Positions 62,954 to 64,000 of a DNA stretch of 64,000 nt are shown here, piece after piece. The position numbers were made by a program, and so were the translations under genes. The stretch lies in NCBI GenBank assembly GCA_040437565.1, contig JBDOQK010000061.1, forward strand, positions 1-64,000, in the 5' to 3' direction. Source of the DNA: Albugo candida (taxonomy: Eukaryota). Positions within the stretch are counted from its first letter, which is position 1; the number at the start of each line of letters is the position of its first letter. The notes below the pieces were generated by a model that had not been told where the DNA came from, ran no database searches, and saw only the letters and a program-made list of their open reading frames with translations.

Positions 62954-63224
62954 GACGACCCATGGCTCCAGACCCGAAATGATCGCTCCCTTTGCGAAAA
63001 TATACGCTCCGATCTGATGAATCATTCATTGGTTGGCCATAAGCTGATCATGACGATCAAGCTTCTCAGAAGCTCTCTACAATGCGGAGGATTGATCTAC
63101 TGACTTGTAGTTGTGGAAACGCAGAGGTCTCGTTTTTGTGTTGAGGATATCAGATGATCTGAAAGACAGAATTGAGAATTGCGCAAGTTGACTGTACACG
63201 ACCAAATGTATTTCATGATGCTCT

Positions 63225-63752
63225 AAAATCACTTCGTGATTGTTCGAATTTTGATTCCATTGTTCGAGTGTCACTAAAGTACGAGTTATCACAGCCCGAG
63301 CTAATGATTGTTGAGGAGATGCCGAATTGCCAGACGGTAGATACTATCGATAGACTCCCTACAGCGGTAACCANNNNNNNNNNNNNNNNNNNNNNNNNNN
63401 NNNNNNNNNNNNNNNNNNNNNNNNNNNNNNNNNNNNNNNNNNNNNNNNNNNNNNNNNNNNNNNNNNNNNNNNNTGGTTACCGCTGTAGGGAGTCTATCGA
63501 TAGTATCTACCGTCTGGCAATTCGGCATCTCCTCAACAATCATTAGCTCGGGCTGTGATAACTCGTACTTTAGTGACACTCGAACAATGGAATCAAAATT
63601 CGAAAAATCACTTCGTGATTGTTCGAATTTTGATTCCATTGTTCGAGTGTCACTAAAGTACGAGTTATCACAGCCCGAGCTAATGATTGTTGAGGAGATG
63701 CCGAATTGCCAGACGGTAGATACTATCGATAGACTCCCTACAGCGGTAACCA
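63225..63752. repeat. ~150-bp segment present three times (direct, inverted, direct) around a gap
   Basis: 63225-63373 equals 63604-63752; 63474-63603 is the reverse complement of most of it. Confidence 0.9.
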
Positions 63753-64000
63753 GATTTATAACATTCTATCATGTATCGTATGAGATCCGACATCGAGCTT
63801 TGAGACTGTCGTAAGAGAAACGACGCAAAGTGTTTGCCCAGAAGTGAATAGATCCCAACAAGTACCCAACGATGCTCAAATCCTTTCCATGTACCGGCAA
63901 GAAATTGCAGGGTGGGTCTCAAAACGTGCAGTGGATAGCGTATTGGGCTTGTCAATTCAAACCCAAAAAGATAGAAGAAATAGAATCATATCATATTTGA

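Overview
Eukaryotic draft-assembly scaffold with many 100-N gaps. Short GT-AG introns, very tight gene packing and oomycete-type gene and transposon families suggest an oomycete, possibly Albugo-like (inference, not proven). Two housekeeping blocks flank a decayed middle zone. Left (1-26.5 kb): DhaK-like large protein, coiled-coil protein, NDUFA4/B12D, SMYD SET-MYND, CRT-like transporter, LCLAT-type acyltransferase, RPC9, MARVEL-like protein and hypotheticals. Right (53-63 kb): HIG1/Rcf2-like, CTNNBL1, CobW/ZNG1, ABHD13 (5' part), WRAP53 (3' part), RBMX2 (3' part), a secreted Cys-rich/Pro-Thr-rich protein and a DIX-like+ELMO protein. The middle (26.5-53 kb) holds LINE and Gypsy remnants and pseudogenes. 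Main result beyond the ORF track: the divergent pair [secreted protein <- -> DIX-ELMO] at 59.7-63 kb has an inverted, pseudogenised copy at 26.5-30.8 kb, and a third DIX-ELMO relic lies at 31.7-32.6 kb. Two intact genes look like pseudo-enzymes (DhaK His->Arg; ELMO GAP Arg->Lys). Many duplications next to gaps are probably uncollapsed haplotypes. No CRISPR array, rRNA or intact tRNA was seen, and I found no convincing multi-gene novel system.
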